Assembly: GCA_038878295.1 (NCBI GenBank)
Contig: JAVZVY010000001.1
Location: 32,001-96,000, forward strand
Source: Candidatus Micrarchaeaceae archaeon
GTDB lineage: Archaea; Micrarchaeota; Micrarchaeia; Micrarchaeales; CABMGC01
Direction: 5' to 3'
Length of the DNA stretch: 64,000 bases
Part shown: one piece after another, positions 10,347-19,873 of the stretch
Numbering within the stretch: position 1 is the stretch's first letter
Layout of the letters: each line of letters starts with the position of its first letter
Notes under the pieces: generated by a model
Seen by the model: the letters and a program-made list of their open reading frames with translations, nothing else
Database searches by the model: none
Told to the model about the DNA's origin: nothing
Program-made: the position numbers and the translations under genes

Positions 10347-11459
10347 CTAGTAGCCGTTTGAGACTTCTATTTGCTTTATAGCAGGCAGGCTGCAGACAGG
10401 CGCGGTGTTGTTTATGCTGCCGCATATCATAGCAACGTATAGATCGGCTGCGGCGTATTCTGTCCATGCGAACTGGTCATTTGGATGCGCGAGCTGGCTC
10501 AGCACCTGTTCATGAGTCATGTAGGTAAGCGGAAGGCTCTGCCCGTTTATAGGTGTCGAGTTGCCGAAATCCACAGCATCGGCGCCGCCGACATTATAAG
10601 CGCCCCATATCGTGTATGGAGTGCCTTGGAATGTGTTGAGCTGCAGTATGAACTTGATTGCATCCATGTATGCCAGGTTGCCTGTTGAATTTATCTCTTG
10701 CTGGATTATGTTCAGCGGTTGGAGGTTGAAGCCGCCGGTTATTGGATCGGTATCCTCAAGGGTGATGAAGTTTATGTATTTGCTGTTGTAGAAATTGCCA
10801 AGGTCTATTGAGGATTGGTTGTAGTGAGCCGGAGCCCAGTAAAGCGTTGGAAGATCGCCGTCACCGAACGAGCTGTAGCCTTTGAAGAGCTCAGTAAAGT
10901 TGCCGAACCTTGAAAGCGCTAGAGCCATGGCCCACCTGTTCTCGCCGCAGAATATGCATGTTATGGAACCTAGGTATATCACGCTGGGCTTTCCGTTAAC
11001 TACGAACATTGGAACCTTGGTAGCAGAAGCGCCAACGCTGTTGTTGAGCTTGCTGCTTAGGTACATTTCTCCTGCGGTTTCGAAATACGAATCCGACGCG
11101 TTGTTTATTATCGCAAGTTCAGTGCTGTTTAGAGGCGCATTTATATTGGTAAGCCTGCTGCCGAAAGGCTGTTGCTGGCTGATTATAGGATCTGCCGCGA
11201 GGCTGAGTGGCGGCGTTATGAGTGGCGAATTTATGTTGTATCCAGATACGCTTGCTACTGTGGTTGTTACTGGAGCGTGAGTTGTATAGTTCAGCGCGCT
11301 TATCCGGCTGCTAAAATTAAGCACATATGCAATTGAGACTAAAGATGATACTAACGCAGCGACGCCTATCACAATTGCTGCATAGGTGAGAATTTTGTTC
11401 GATGAGGAAACTGCCTCAAGCTTCTTAACCTCTTTTAGTTCGTTTTCTCTTTCGCTCAT
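10347..11459 (-). CDS. DUF929-like membrane-anchored thioredoxin-fold protein
   Basis: N-terminal TM; YLGSITCIFCGENRWAMALALSRFGNF (CxxC), GTP cis-Pro-like motif and C-terminal AMIC...PVC. Confidence 0.75.
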   Translation of the reverse strand: MSERENELKEVKKLEAVSSSNKILTYAAIVIGVAALVSSLVSIAYVLNFSSRISALNYTTHAPVTTTVASVSGYNINSPLITPPLSLAADPIISQQQPFGSRLTNINAPLNSTELAIINNASDSYFETAGEMYLSSKLNNSVGASATKVPMFVVNGKPSVIYLGSITCIFCGENRWAMALALSRFGNFTELFKGYSSFGDGDLPTLYWAPAHYNQSSIDLGNFYNSKYINFITLEDTDPITGGFNLQPLNIIQQEINSTGNLAYMDAIKFILQLNTFQGTPYTIWGAYNVGGADAVDFGNSTPINGQSLPLTYMTHEQVLSQLAHPNDQFAWTEYAAADLYVAMICGSINNTAPVCSLPAIKQIEVSNGY

Positions 11460-11543
11460 TCAATGCACATAGTGATTTCGCACGCTCAGTTATATATTTC
11501 TTATGATTCATTTAGGCATCTGGCATACAAATAAGGCGGTTTT

Positions 11544-12305
11544 TTGTACAAAGCAGCGGAAGGACTTGGCAAGACTACGGAAGCGATAGAGGCGACTGAC
11601 GCCCATTGCCATCTGAACCTTTTCGAAGACAATGCAGAGATAGTGAAAGCTTCCGCAAAGGCTGGCGTAGGCACCATAATAACCGCAGGCAGCGACCTGA
11701 AAAGCAATTTTGACAACGCAAAAATTGCAGAGGGCATGGTGTTTGCAGTTGTTGGTATAGATCCTGAATTTGCGCTTGTGGAGGATTATAGAAGTCTTGA
11801 GGCCATTGAGAAGCTTCTAAAAAGCGGCAACCACATTGTAGGCGTAGGCGAGATAGGCTTGGATTATAAGAAGGCAACGAGCGAATTGCAGAAAGAAAGG
11901 CAGCAGTCGTTTTTCAAGAGGCAACTCGAGATGGCAAAGGATTTTGGCTTGCCTGTGGTGGTGCATTCGCGCGACGCACTTGATGAAGTTCTCGACACCC
12001 TAGAAAGGTTTAATATCAAAAAAGCCATGCTCCATTACTTCGAGGGCGGGCCAGAGCAGGCTGTGAAGGCAGCCAGCAAAGGCTATCTCATTTCAGTGCC
12101 GCCGCTTGCCTCAAGAAAGAGGGATCGTGCCATAAGGAACATAAGCCTTGAGCGCATAGTGGCTGAAACAGACTCGCCTGTTGTTGGGAAGACTCCTGCA
12201 GACGTGCTCATTTCTATAAGAAATATCGCCGAGGCAAAAGGGATAGGCTTTGGAGAAGTCGTAAGCGCGACTACCAGCAATGCGAAAGAGTTTTTTTATA
12301 TATGA
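11544..12305 (+). CDS. tatD: TatD family hydrolase (start codon uncertain)
   Basis: DAHCHL, VGEIGLDY, VVHSR, LHYF and ETDSP motifs. Confidence 0.92.
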   Translation: MYKAAEGLGKTTEAIEATDAHCHLNLFEDNAEIVKASAKAGVGTIITAGSDLKSNFDNAKIAEGMVFAVVGIDPEFALVEDYRSLEAIEKLLKSGNHIVGVGEIGLDYKKATSELQKERQQSFFKRQLEMAKDFGLPVVVHSRDALDEVLDTLERFNIKKAMLHYFEGGPEQAVKAASKGYLISVPPLASRKRDRAIRNISLERIVAETDSPVVGKTPADVLISIRNIAEAKGIGFGEVVSATTSNAKEFFYI

Positions 12306-12323
12306 TAGTCCAATTTAATATTC

Positions 12324-12428
12324 GGGCCCGTAGCTCAGCTTGGACAGAGCAGCAGCCTTCTAAGCTGATGGTCGTGGGTTCAAAGGCTTGTCGCGTATAA
12401 GCTTAGCGTGAAAATCCCGCCGGGCCCG
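12324..12428 (+). tRNA. tRNA-Arg(TCT) with a 30-nt intron in the T-loop (about 12385-12414)
   Basis: GGGCCCG/CGGGCCC acceptor stem and CTTCTAA anticodon loop. The T arm GTGGG-TTCAAA|T-CCCGC is restored once 30 nt are removed. Confidence 0.88.
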
Positions 12429-12440
12429 ATAGGTGAGCAT

Positions 12441-12707
12441 ATGAAAGAGGATAAAAACTTCGATGAAACCATATCGCAGATAAAACAGCAGATAAGCCTG
12501 CTGCTGAATGACAACACTGTGCCGAGAAACGTGAAGTCTGCGCTTGAGGAAGCTTCGGCTGCGCTTGATGGAAAGGAGGGATACGCGGCGCGCGTCTCCA
12601 CAGCTACATACAAAATAGACGAAGTGAGCAATGACATAAACTTGCCTCCATACGCAAGGACCATCGTTTGGAACATACTGAGCATGCTTGAGTCGATAAA
12701 GGAGTGA
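12441..12707 (+). CDS. UPF0147 family protein
   Basis: DNTVPRNVK...DEVSNDINLPPYARTIVWNILSMLE. ATG at 12441 after AGGTGA. Confidence 0.9.
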   Translation: MKEDKNFDETISQIKQQISLLLNDNTVPRNVKSALEEASAALDGKEGYAARVSTATYKIDEVSNDINLPPYARTIVWNILSMLESIKE

Positions 12708-12708
12708 C

Positions 12709-14223
12709 ATGGGGGAAAACGACAAGGACATTGTGGCTGAGCTTGCCGAAAGGCTCAGCGGCAGGGTGATTGTAAGCGCGGGCATAGACAGGGAACTCTT
12801 CAAAGGCCATGACATAGAGTCGCTAACCGCCAGAATCATAGCCTATTTCGGCGATAGTGACAGCATCAAAATACTCGACAACAATTCCCTCGCGGAGATT
12901 CTGAGCAGGATGAAAGAAGAAAAGACGCCGGTGCCGATAGAGGTGCTGCCTTCGAGCGAGTTCAAACCTGTCGCGAAGGATGTGGCAAGCGATTTCAAAA
13001 TAAGGAGCAAGGAGCCAGAAAAAACATCAAGCAGTTCAGATGCTTTCAGGGACTATTTTAGGAGCAGGTTTTCGAAGATTGCGGCAATAATTGACAAGAA
13101 TGGCAGTGTCATGACGAATGGCATGATAAACAGCATAGCCAACATTAAAAACTATGCGAATGGCAGGGAGATAACAATATTCGGCATGGTTTACGACAAG
13201 GTCGCTACAAAAAATGGGCACATACTTATCACGCTCGAAGACGAGAGCGGCACCGCCAAGGTTCTCTTTCCGAGAAGCGAGAGCGGCCCCGGAAAGGAAA
13301 CGTTCAATGCTGCTAACAGGATCATATTGGATGATATAATAGTAGTAAAGGGCAAGATATCCGGGTCTTTGCTTATAGCCTCGTCTGTGGTGTGGCCCGA
13401 TATGCCTATACACAGGGTCGCGCCCACAGAAGAAGACATAGCAATAGCGTTTATATCGGATACGCATGTTGGCAGCAAGCTGTTCCTCGAAAAGCAGTTT
13501 GACAATCTGCTGAAATGGCTCAACGGCAGAATAGATTACAAAAGAAATCTTGCGGGCAAGATAAAATATATAGTCATAAGCGGCGACCTTGTAGACGGCA
13601 TAGGAGTATATCCAAACCAGGAGAAAGAGCTGACCACGCCAGACATATACAAGCAGTATTCGATGTTCTTTGGCCTGCTTGAGGCCATTCCAGAATACGT
13701 GCATGTTTTTGTGCTTCCGGGAAACCACGACGCTGTGCAGCGCTCTGAGCCGCAGCCTGAGCTTCCGAAGGAATTCGTAAGCAACATGAGAGGCAATATG
13801 CACATACTGCAAAATCCGAGCAACATCTCGCTTCACGGCGTAAAGGTGCTCGCTTACCACGGCGCTTCCCTAGATTCGATAATACAGTCTGTTCCGCAAT
13901 GCAGCTACGCAAAGCCCGAAACCGCCATGGCCGAGCTTCTCAGAAGGAGGCATCTTTCGCCAATATACGGAGGCAACATAATTACTCCTACAAAGGACGA
14001 TGCGCTTGTCATAGACGAAGTGCCAGATATATTCCACGTTGGGCATGTACACAAGAATGCGGTATCTGAGTATCACGGAACTATAATGATAAACAGTGGC
14101 ACGTGGCAGGCCCGCACAGCTTTCCAAGTAAAGCAGGGGCACATACCGTCGCCGGCTCTGCTTCCTGTATACGAAACCAAAAGCCAGAATGTGAGCATCG
14201 TGGATTTCAATTCGGTATCGTGA
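12709..14223 (+). CDS. polB: DNA polymerase D small (exonuclease) subunit DP1
   Basis: OB fold plus SDTHVGS, GDLVDG, PGNHD, YHG, RRHLSP and GHVH. Confidence 0.96.
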   Translation: MGENDKDIVAELAERLSGRVIVSAGIDRELFKGHDIESLTARIIAYFGDSDSIKILDNNSLAEILSRMKEEKTPVPIEVLPSSEFKPVAKDVASDFKIRSKEPEKTSSSSDAFRDYFRSRFSKIAAIIDKNGSVMTNGMINSIANIKNYANGREITIFGMVYDKVATKNGHILITLEDESGTAKVLFPRSESGPGKETFNAANRIILDDIIVVKGKISGSLLIASSVVWPDMPIHRVAPTEEDIAIAFISDTHVGSKLFLEKQFDNLLKWLNGRIDYKRNLAGKIKYIVISGDLVDGIGVYPNQEKELTTPDIYKQYSMFFGLLEAIPEYVHVFVLPGNHDAVQRSEPQPELPKEFVSNMRGNMHILQNPSNISLHGVKVLAYHGASLDSIIQSVPQCSYAKPETAMAELLRRRHLSPIYGGNIITPTKDDALVIDEVPDIFHVGHVHKNAVSEYHGTIMINSGTWQARTAFQVKQGHIPSPALLPVYETKSQNVSIVDFNSVS

Positions 14224-14227
14224 TGCG

Positions 14228-17200
14228 ATGGATGTTGATGAATACTTCGAAGGGCTCTCAAGGGAATTCGATAAGGCGTACAAGATAGCCGAGAAAGCTA
14301 GGAAAAAGGGAATAGACCCTAATTCCAAAGTTGAGATAGAGGTGGCTCCTGATCTTGCGAGCAGGGTCGCGGGCATCATAGGCATAAAGGAGCTTAAGGA
14401 TATCATAACAGGCAAGCAGCGCAATCAAACCCAATCGGAGCTCGCATTCGATGTTGTTAAAGAGATATGTACAGGCAGCCTGTTCGAAGGCTATGACACG
14501 CTGAAGAGAATAGAGTTGGCAATCAGAACAGGCCTCGCGATACTCACGGAAGGCGTGCTTGTGGCGCCAACAGAGGGCATATACGAAGTCAACATGTACA
14601 AAAACGCTGACAATTCAAACTATGTCGCGATAAAATTTGCAGGGCCTATAAGGGGAGCTGGCGGAACAGCCGCTGCACTATCTGTGGCCCTCGCTGATTA
14701 TGCCAGGAAGTTCTTCAACATAGGCAGCTACAAGGCTACTGAGGAAGAGATAGAGAGATATGTCGAAGAGGTTGAGCTATATGATATGAGGCTCGCAAGG
14801 CTACAGTACAAGCCGCCTGAAGACGATGTAAGGGTGATTGTGAAAAATTGCCCGATATGCATAGATGGTATTCCATCGCGCGAGGCTGAGATAAGCGTAC
14901 ACAGAGACGTCAAAAGAATTACGCTTGATGGAAAAATCGAGAGACTGACAAACAGCGTTAGGAACGGCATGCCGCTGGTGCTGTGCGAGGGCATAGCGCA
15001 GAAGGCTAAGAAAGTGCTTAAGGAGGTGAAGTATGCGGGCCTCGATTGGAGTTGGCTAAACAACATAATAAAAATAGAGAAGATAGGAAAGAGCGACGGC
15101 ACTGAGAAAAGGGATGTTTTTCTTGAGGAGCTTGTAGCAGGAAGGCCAATTCTTGCTTATCCGAGGCTCAATGGCGGCTTCAGGCTTAGGTACGGCAGAA
15201 GCAGGCTTACCGGCATTGCAGCCAAGGGCTTCAATCCGGCGACAATGATTATACTTGATAGTTTCATAGCTATAGGCACACAGCTCAAAGTTGAGCTTCC
15301 CGGAAAAGGCTGCGTTGCAACGCCCGTCGATTCTATAGAGGGGCCTTTCGTGAAGCTTAAAAGCGGCGAAGCGCTTCGCATCAACAGCGCTGAGCTTGCA
15401 AGAAAACTCAAGGACGAAGTAGTTGAAGTGCTATCGCTTGGCGACATCCTTATAACTTATGGAGATTTTAAAAAATCCAACACGCCATTGCAGCCTTCCA
15501 GCTATGTCGAGGAATTTTGGGAGGAGGAGCTTGAGAGCAAAGGTGGGCATGCCGATGCGAAGAAAGTAACATTTGATTCTGCGTATGCGCTTTCTTTCGA
15601 ATTTGGAGTGCCGCTACACCCAGCATATACCTTTGAGTTCCAAAATTCTACAAAGGAGGATTTGGAGTATGCAGCGAAGGCCATAGCAAGAAGTGCAAAA
15701 ATCACGTACTCTGGAAGCGAAACACTTTTCGGAGTAGAAAAGATGCTCGTTGAAAACGATGAAAGAATAAAGAGAACATTCGAGCTGATAAACCTGCCGC
15801 ACAAGATTGAAGAAAACTCTATAGCAATTTATGGCGATTACGCAAAGGCGCTCTTGGCTTCGTTAGGATTTGCATCAGGAAAGGAAGGTTCTTTGCAGAT
15901 AAACGAGCTCACCCTCGACAAATATCAGAATGACGCTAAAGATGCGCTTGAATTTGTGAATGACGTTTCACCGGTAAGGATTGCCAAGCGCTCCACGTTC
16001 ATAGGAGCCAGGATAGGCAGGCCGGAAAAGGCCGGAGAGAGGCTGATGAAGCCAGCACCCAATGTGCTTTATCCGATAGGCAGTTATGGAGGCAAAGAAA
16101 GGAACATATCAAAGGCTTACGCAATATACTCAAAGAGGCTCGAGGAGCCAGCTCTGAAAATAGAGATTGCAAATTACAAATGCCCGAAATGCAAGAGGAT
16201 GATAGGCACAAGTTACTGTTACGATTGTAATGAGAAGGCTGTTATAGAAAGGGTCTGCCCGAAGTGCGGCTTCCGTACCACAGAGGAGACATGCCCTAGA
16301 TGTGGCGCCGAAACGGTTGCGTATTCAGAGCATGACATAGACGTCATAAAAATGATAAGCGACGCTATGAAAAGGCTGGGCATTGCAAAATTGCCAGAAG
16401 GCGTCAAAGGCGTCAAAGGCATGACAAACGAATTGAAAGTTGCGGAGCCAATAGAAAAGGGCATATTGAGGAGGCTCCACAATGTCCATATATTCAAGGA
16501 TGGCACTGCAAGATTTGATGCTACGGATGTGCCAGTAACGCATGTATACCCTAGGGAGATTGGCACAAGCGTTGAGAAGCTTAGGGAACTTGGCTATGAT
16601 AAAGACTACACTGGTGCGGAGCTTGTGAGCGACGACCAGCTTATCGAGCTAAGGCATCAGGATGTGATAATAAATAGAAGAGGCGCTGAATTCTTGCTGA
16701 ACGTATCGAGGGCGGTAGACGACATGCTTGAGAGGATTTATGGATTGGAACCCTTCTACAAGGCTGCTACAATAAACGACCTTATCGGCCATCTTGCCAT
16801 CTCGTTGTCGCCGCATACATCGGCCGGCGTATTGAATAGGATTATAGGTTTTACAGACGCGAATGTTGGTTTTGCGCATCCTTATACTATTTCGGCGAGG
16901 AGGCGAAACTGCGATGGCGATGAAGATACTATAATGCTCCTCCTTGACGCTCTGATTAATTTCTCTAGAAGCTATCTGCCGAAAACTACAGGCGGCACGA
17001 TGGACACGCCGCTTATACTTACACTGCATGTGCACCCTGAAGAGGTAGATGATGAGGTACACGCAATGGAGGTTGTGGGCAAGTATCCGCTCGAATTCTA
17101 TTACAAGACTTTGGAGTATGAATCGCCATCAAATGTTGAGATGGAGCTTGTAGGCGACAGGCTAAAGAGTCCGAAGATTTTCAGCGGGCTCGCTTTCACG

Positions 17201-17677
17201 CATGAATCTTCGGTCAACGCCATAGAGGATTCACCGAAAAAAAGCGAATACACGCTGCTTAAAAGCATGAAAGAAAAGATAGAAAGGCAATTCGAGCTGA
17301 CAGACAAGATATATGCTGTAGACAAGAGGGACGCTGCTAAGAAGCTCATTGTGAGCCACTTCATACCGGACCTTATAGGCAACCTGCACAAGTTTTCGAA
17401 GCAGACCTTCAGGTGCAGCAATTGCAATGCGAAATACAGGCGCGTGCCCCTTAGCGGCAAATGCACGAAGTGCGGCGGCAGGCTGCTCCTCACCGTATCT
17501 AAGGGCGGTATAGAAAAATATCTTGACACAGCGATAGAACTTGCTGATAGATACGACCTTGAGGTATACATAAAGCAGAGGCTTAATCTCGTTAAGGAGG
17601 AAATCAATGCGACATTTGAAGGCGCTTCTGATAACAATGAAGTACAGGGCCAATTCAACCTCAGCAGATTTATGTGA
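14228..17677 (+). CDS. polC: DNA polymerase D large subunit DP2
   Basis: FAGPIRGAGGT, GGFRLRYGRSR, catalytic RRNCDGDED, Zn fingers and a C-terminal PIP-like QFNLSRFM. Confidence 0.97.
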   Translation: MDVDEYFEGLSREFDKAYKIAEKARKKGIDPNSKVEIEVAPDLASRVAGIIGIKELKDIITGKQRNQTQSELAFDVVKEICTGSLFEGYDTLKRIELAIRTGLAILTEGVLVAPTEGIYEVNMYKNADNSNYVAIKFAGPIRGAGGTAAALSVALADYARKFFNIGSYKATEEEIERYVEEVELYDMRLARLQYKPPEDDVRVIVKNCPICIDGIPSREAEISVHRDVKRITLDGKIERLTNSVRNGMPLVLCEGIAQKAKKVLKEVKYAGLDWSWLNNIIKIEKIGKSDGTEKRDVFLEELVAGRPILAYPRLNGGFRLRYGRSRLTGIAAKGFNPATMIILDSFIAIGTQLKVELPGKGCVATPVDSIEGPFVKLKSGEALRINSAELARKLKDEVVEVLSLGDILITYGDFKKSNTPLQPSSYVEEFWEEELESKGGHADAKKVTFDSAYALSFEFGVPLHPAYTFEFQNSTKEDLEYAAKAIARSAKITYSGSETLFGVEKMLVENDERIKRTFELINLPHKIEENSIAIYGDYAKALLASLGFASGKEGSLQINELTLDKYQNDAKDALEFVNDVSPVRIAKRSTFIGARIGRPEKAGERLMKPAPNVLYPIGSYGGKERNISKAYAIYSKRLEEPALKIEIANYKCPKCKRMIGTSYCYDCNEKAVIERVCPKCGFRTTEETCPRCGAETVAYSEHDIDVIKMISDAMKRLGIAKLPEGVKGVKGMTNELKVAEPIEKGILRRLHNVHIFKDGTARFDATDVPVTHVYPREIGTSVEKLRELGYDKDYTGAELVSDDQLIELRHQDVIINRRGAEFLLNVSRAVDDMLERIYGLEPFYKAATINDLIGHLAISLSPHTSAGVLNRIIGFTDANVGFAHPYTISARRRNCDGDEDTIMLLLDALINFSRSYLPKTTGGTMDTPLILTLHVHPEEVDDEVHAMEVVGKYPLEFYYKTLEYESPSNVEMELVGDRLKSPKIFSGLAFTHESSVNAIEDSPKKSEYTLLKSMKEKIERQFELTDKIYAVDKRDAAKKLIVSHFIPDLIGNLHKFSKQTFRCSNCNAKYRRVPLSGKCTKCGGRLLLTVSKGGIEKYLDTAIELADRYDLEVYIKQRLNLVKEEINATFEGASDNNEVQGQFNLSRFM

Positions 17678-19300
17678 TTATTTTGCAAGCGCTTGGCTCT
17701 GCTCGTGCATAAATTGCTGCAGATAAAATTTGCTTCCCGTGCCTTTGCCAGTCAGGCCGCTGCCCTTCCAGCCCACGAATGTATGGAAGCCCACTATAGC
17801 TCCAGTTGTGGCGCTGATAGCCCTGTTGACATAAACGACGCCAGCCTGTATTTTGTTGAGGAATTCTTTTATCTCGCTTCTCTTGGTGCTGTAAAGCCCA
17901 GCTGTGAGCCCGTATTCCACGTCATTTGCCTTCTCAAGCGCTTCATCGAAAGTTTTGTATGTGGTTATAACAAGAAATGGCAGGAACAACTCTTCGTGGA
18001 AGAGCCTGTTGGCGTGGTCAAGCTCTGCAAGAACAGGCTCGACGTAAGCGCCATCGAGGCCTACTGATACTGACTTGCCGCCGTATATCAGGTTGCCGCT
18101 TTTCTTCGCCTCTTCGACTGCCTGCCTGTATTTATCCATGGCTTTCTGGCTTATCAACGGGCCCATATAAACATCTTTCTGCAGCGGATTGCCTATCTTG
18201 AACGACCTCATTTTGTCAATGAGCTTGCTTATGAATTCCTCCTTTACGGATTCGTGCACATAAACCCTCGAGCATGCGCTGCATTTCTGGCCGTCATAGC
18301 CGAATGCCGCACTCGCTATGCCAGAAGCCGCGTCGTCAAGATTAGCATATTTCGAGACTATAGCAGGATTTTTGCCGCCCATTTCAACGATGAAAACCTT
18401 CTGCTTGCCTGACGCATAGTTCTTGGCAATCATGCCAATTCCAGTGCTCCTCGAACCTGTGAAGACTATGCCAGCAACCTTGTCGCTTGTTGCAAGCTCA
18501 TCCCCGACTTCAGAGCCAGGACCCGTGACATAGTTGAAAACGCCGTCGGGAACCCCCGCTTCCTTGAAGATCTCGTAAATCTTGTAGCCTGTAAGCATAG
18601 ACATGTTATCAGTGGAAGAGGGTTTGAACACGACTGTGTTGCCGGTTATGAGGGCACCTGTGCTCATGCCTACCGAAATGGATATCGGAAAGTTGAACGG
18701 CGCTACAACGCCGAAGACACCGTATGGCTTCATTGCTATAACTATATCCTCTTCCGCGCTCGGCGCGCCCTGGAAGCCTTTCTCAGATTTCTTTTCTGCG
18801 CCTGCCAGCTTCGTTTTCCTTATGTAGCCTTTGTTTATTTCCATTTCGTTTGCATAGTACCTTAGGAAGTCTATAGCTTCGTCGACTTCGCCCATAGATT
18901 CGTATCTCGTCTTGCCGTTTTCTATGCTCAGTATTGCTCCGACTATGAACTTGTCCCTTGCAAAGATTTCCGCGGCCTTTCTAAATATTGCGACCCTTTC
19001 CTTGTAGTCTGTGTTGGCCCAGCTCTCAAAGGCGGATGCTGCTGCTTCTATTGCAAGCCTTGCACTGGCCCTGTCGCCCTTCTGAAAACGTCCTATAATA
19101 GACTTGTCTATAGGGGAGTATTCGACGAGTTCCTCGTTTGCAAATGCTTCCTTGCCACCTATGATCATTGGGAACTTTCTGCCAAGGACATTCTTTTTCA
19201 CGTATTCGACTGCTTCGTCGAAGTTCCTGTCAAATTCGTCTTCCCTGCCGCTTTCCACAAATTTTTTGTAAGTGAATTCATTTTCAAAAGTGCCCCTCGT
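17678..19300 (-). CDS. Aldehyde dehydrogenase, likely 1-pyrroline-5-carboxylate dehydrogenase (start 19300 ACG or 19258 GTG)
   Basis: PFNFP, FTGS, EMGGKNP, GYDGQKCSACSR and EELFLP motifs. Confidence 0.85.
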   Translation of the reverse strand, partial: TRGTFENEFTYKKFVESGREDEFDRNFDEAVEYVKKNVLGRKFPMIIGGKEAFANEELVEYSPIDKSIIGRFQKGDRASARLAIEAAASAFESWANTDYKERVAIFRKAAEIFARDKFIVGAILSIENGKTRYESMGEVDEAIDFLRYYANEMEINKGYIRKTKLAGAEKKSEKGFQGAPSAEEDIVIAMKPYGVFGVVAPFNFPISISVGMSTGALITGNTVVFKPSSTDNMSMLTGYKIYEIFKEAGVPDGVFNYVTGPGSEVGDELATSDKVAGIVFTGSRSTGIGMIAKNYASGKQKVFIVEMGGKNPAIVSKYANLDDAASGIASAAFGYDGQKCSACSRVYVHESVKEEFISKLIDKMRSFKIGNPLQKDVYMGPLISQKAMDKYRQAVEEAKKSGNLIYGGKSVSVGLDGAYVEPVLAELDHANRLFHEELFLPFLVITTYKTFDEALEKANDVEYGLTAGLYSTKRSEIKEFLNKIQAGVVYVNRAISATTGAIVGFHTFVGWKGSGLTGKGTGSKFYLQQFMHEQSQALAK

Positions 19301-19371
19301 TTAACCACCGTATTTTTAGCGCATGATAAAAATAATAATGTTGCACGCGCGCATTTGAAAAACAGTATACG

Positions 19372-19782
19372 CTATTTCGCTATTTCGTTGACTACAGCTG
19401 GATATGCATGCCTCACGCCGTTCGTGCCTTCTATCTCCTTCAGCCTTTGAGCAAGCTCGTCCCTTCGCACGATGATTCTCGCGATTGCTGAGTGATCGCC
19501 AGAGGTAAGGTAAAGCTCCTTGACGAAATCGAGCCTTTTGAGTGTCTCGAGGGTATCCATATAGCTTTCTGGAGCTACGTCTAGGCCCACAAACACATCT
19601 TCCATGCCAAGCTGCTTGAAGCGAGCCCTGGGCTCATAGCCCAGAAGCAGGCCTGACTTTGTCATGGCTTTCAGTCTGTTGCGCAGGGTACCCTTGCTTA
19701 TGCCGCACAGCTTAGCAATGCGCGATGGCTTCCTGTCATGGAAGAGGGTTTCAACAATCTTCAAATCAAGAGCATCAGTCAA
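19372..19782 (-). CDS. Lrp/AsnC family transcriptional regulator
   Basis: DALDLKIV...IAKLCGISKGTLRNRLKAM HTH plus a RAM domain (LYLTSGDH). Confidence 0.88.
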   Translation of the reverse strand: MTDALDLKIVETLFHDRKPSRIAKLCGISKGTLRNRLKAMTKSGLLLGYEPRARFKQLGMEDVFVGLDVAPESYMDTLETLKRLDFVKELYLTSGDHSAIARIIVRRDELAQRLKEIEGTNGVRHAYPAVVNEIAK

Positions 19783-19873
19783 AAAATCACATTTTTTAAT
19801 ATTTTAATCATAAAAATTAATCAAAAGATAAATATTTATATCTTTTGTATCAATAATTAATAACGGTGATTAT

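Noticed and set aside
14228..17677. Inteins in PolD DP2 or the RNAP subunits
   Set aside because: Lengths are ordinary, catalytic motifs are uninterrupted and no intein or LAGLIDADG signatures were seen.
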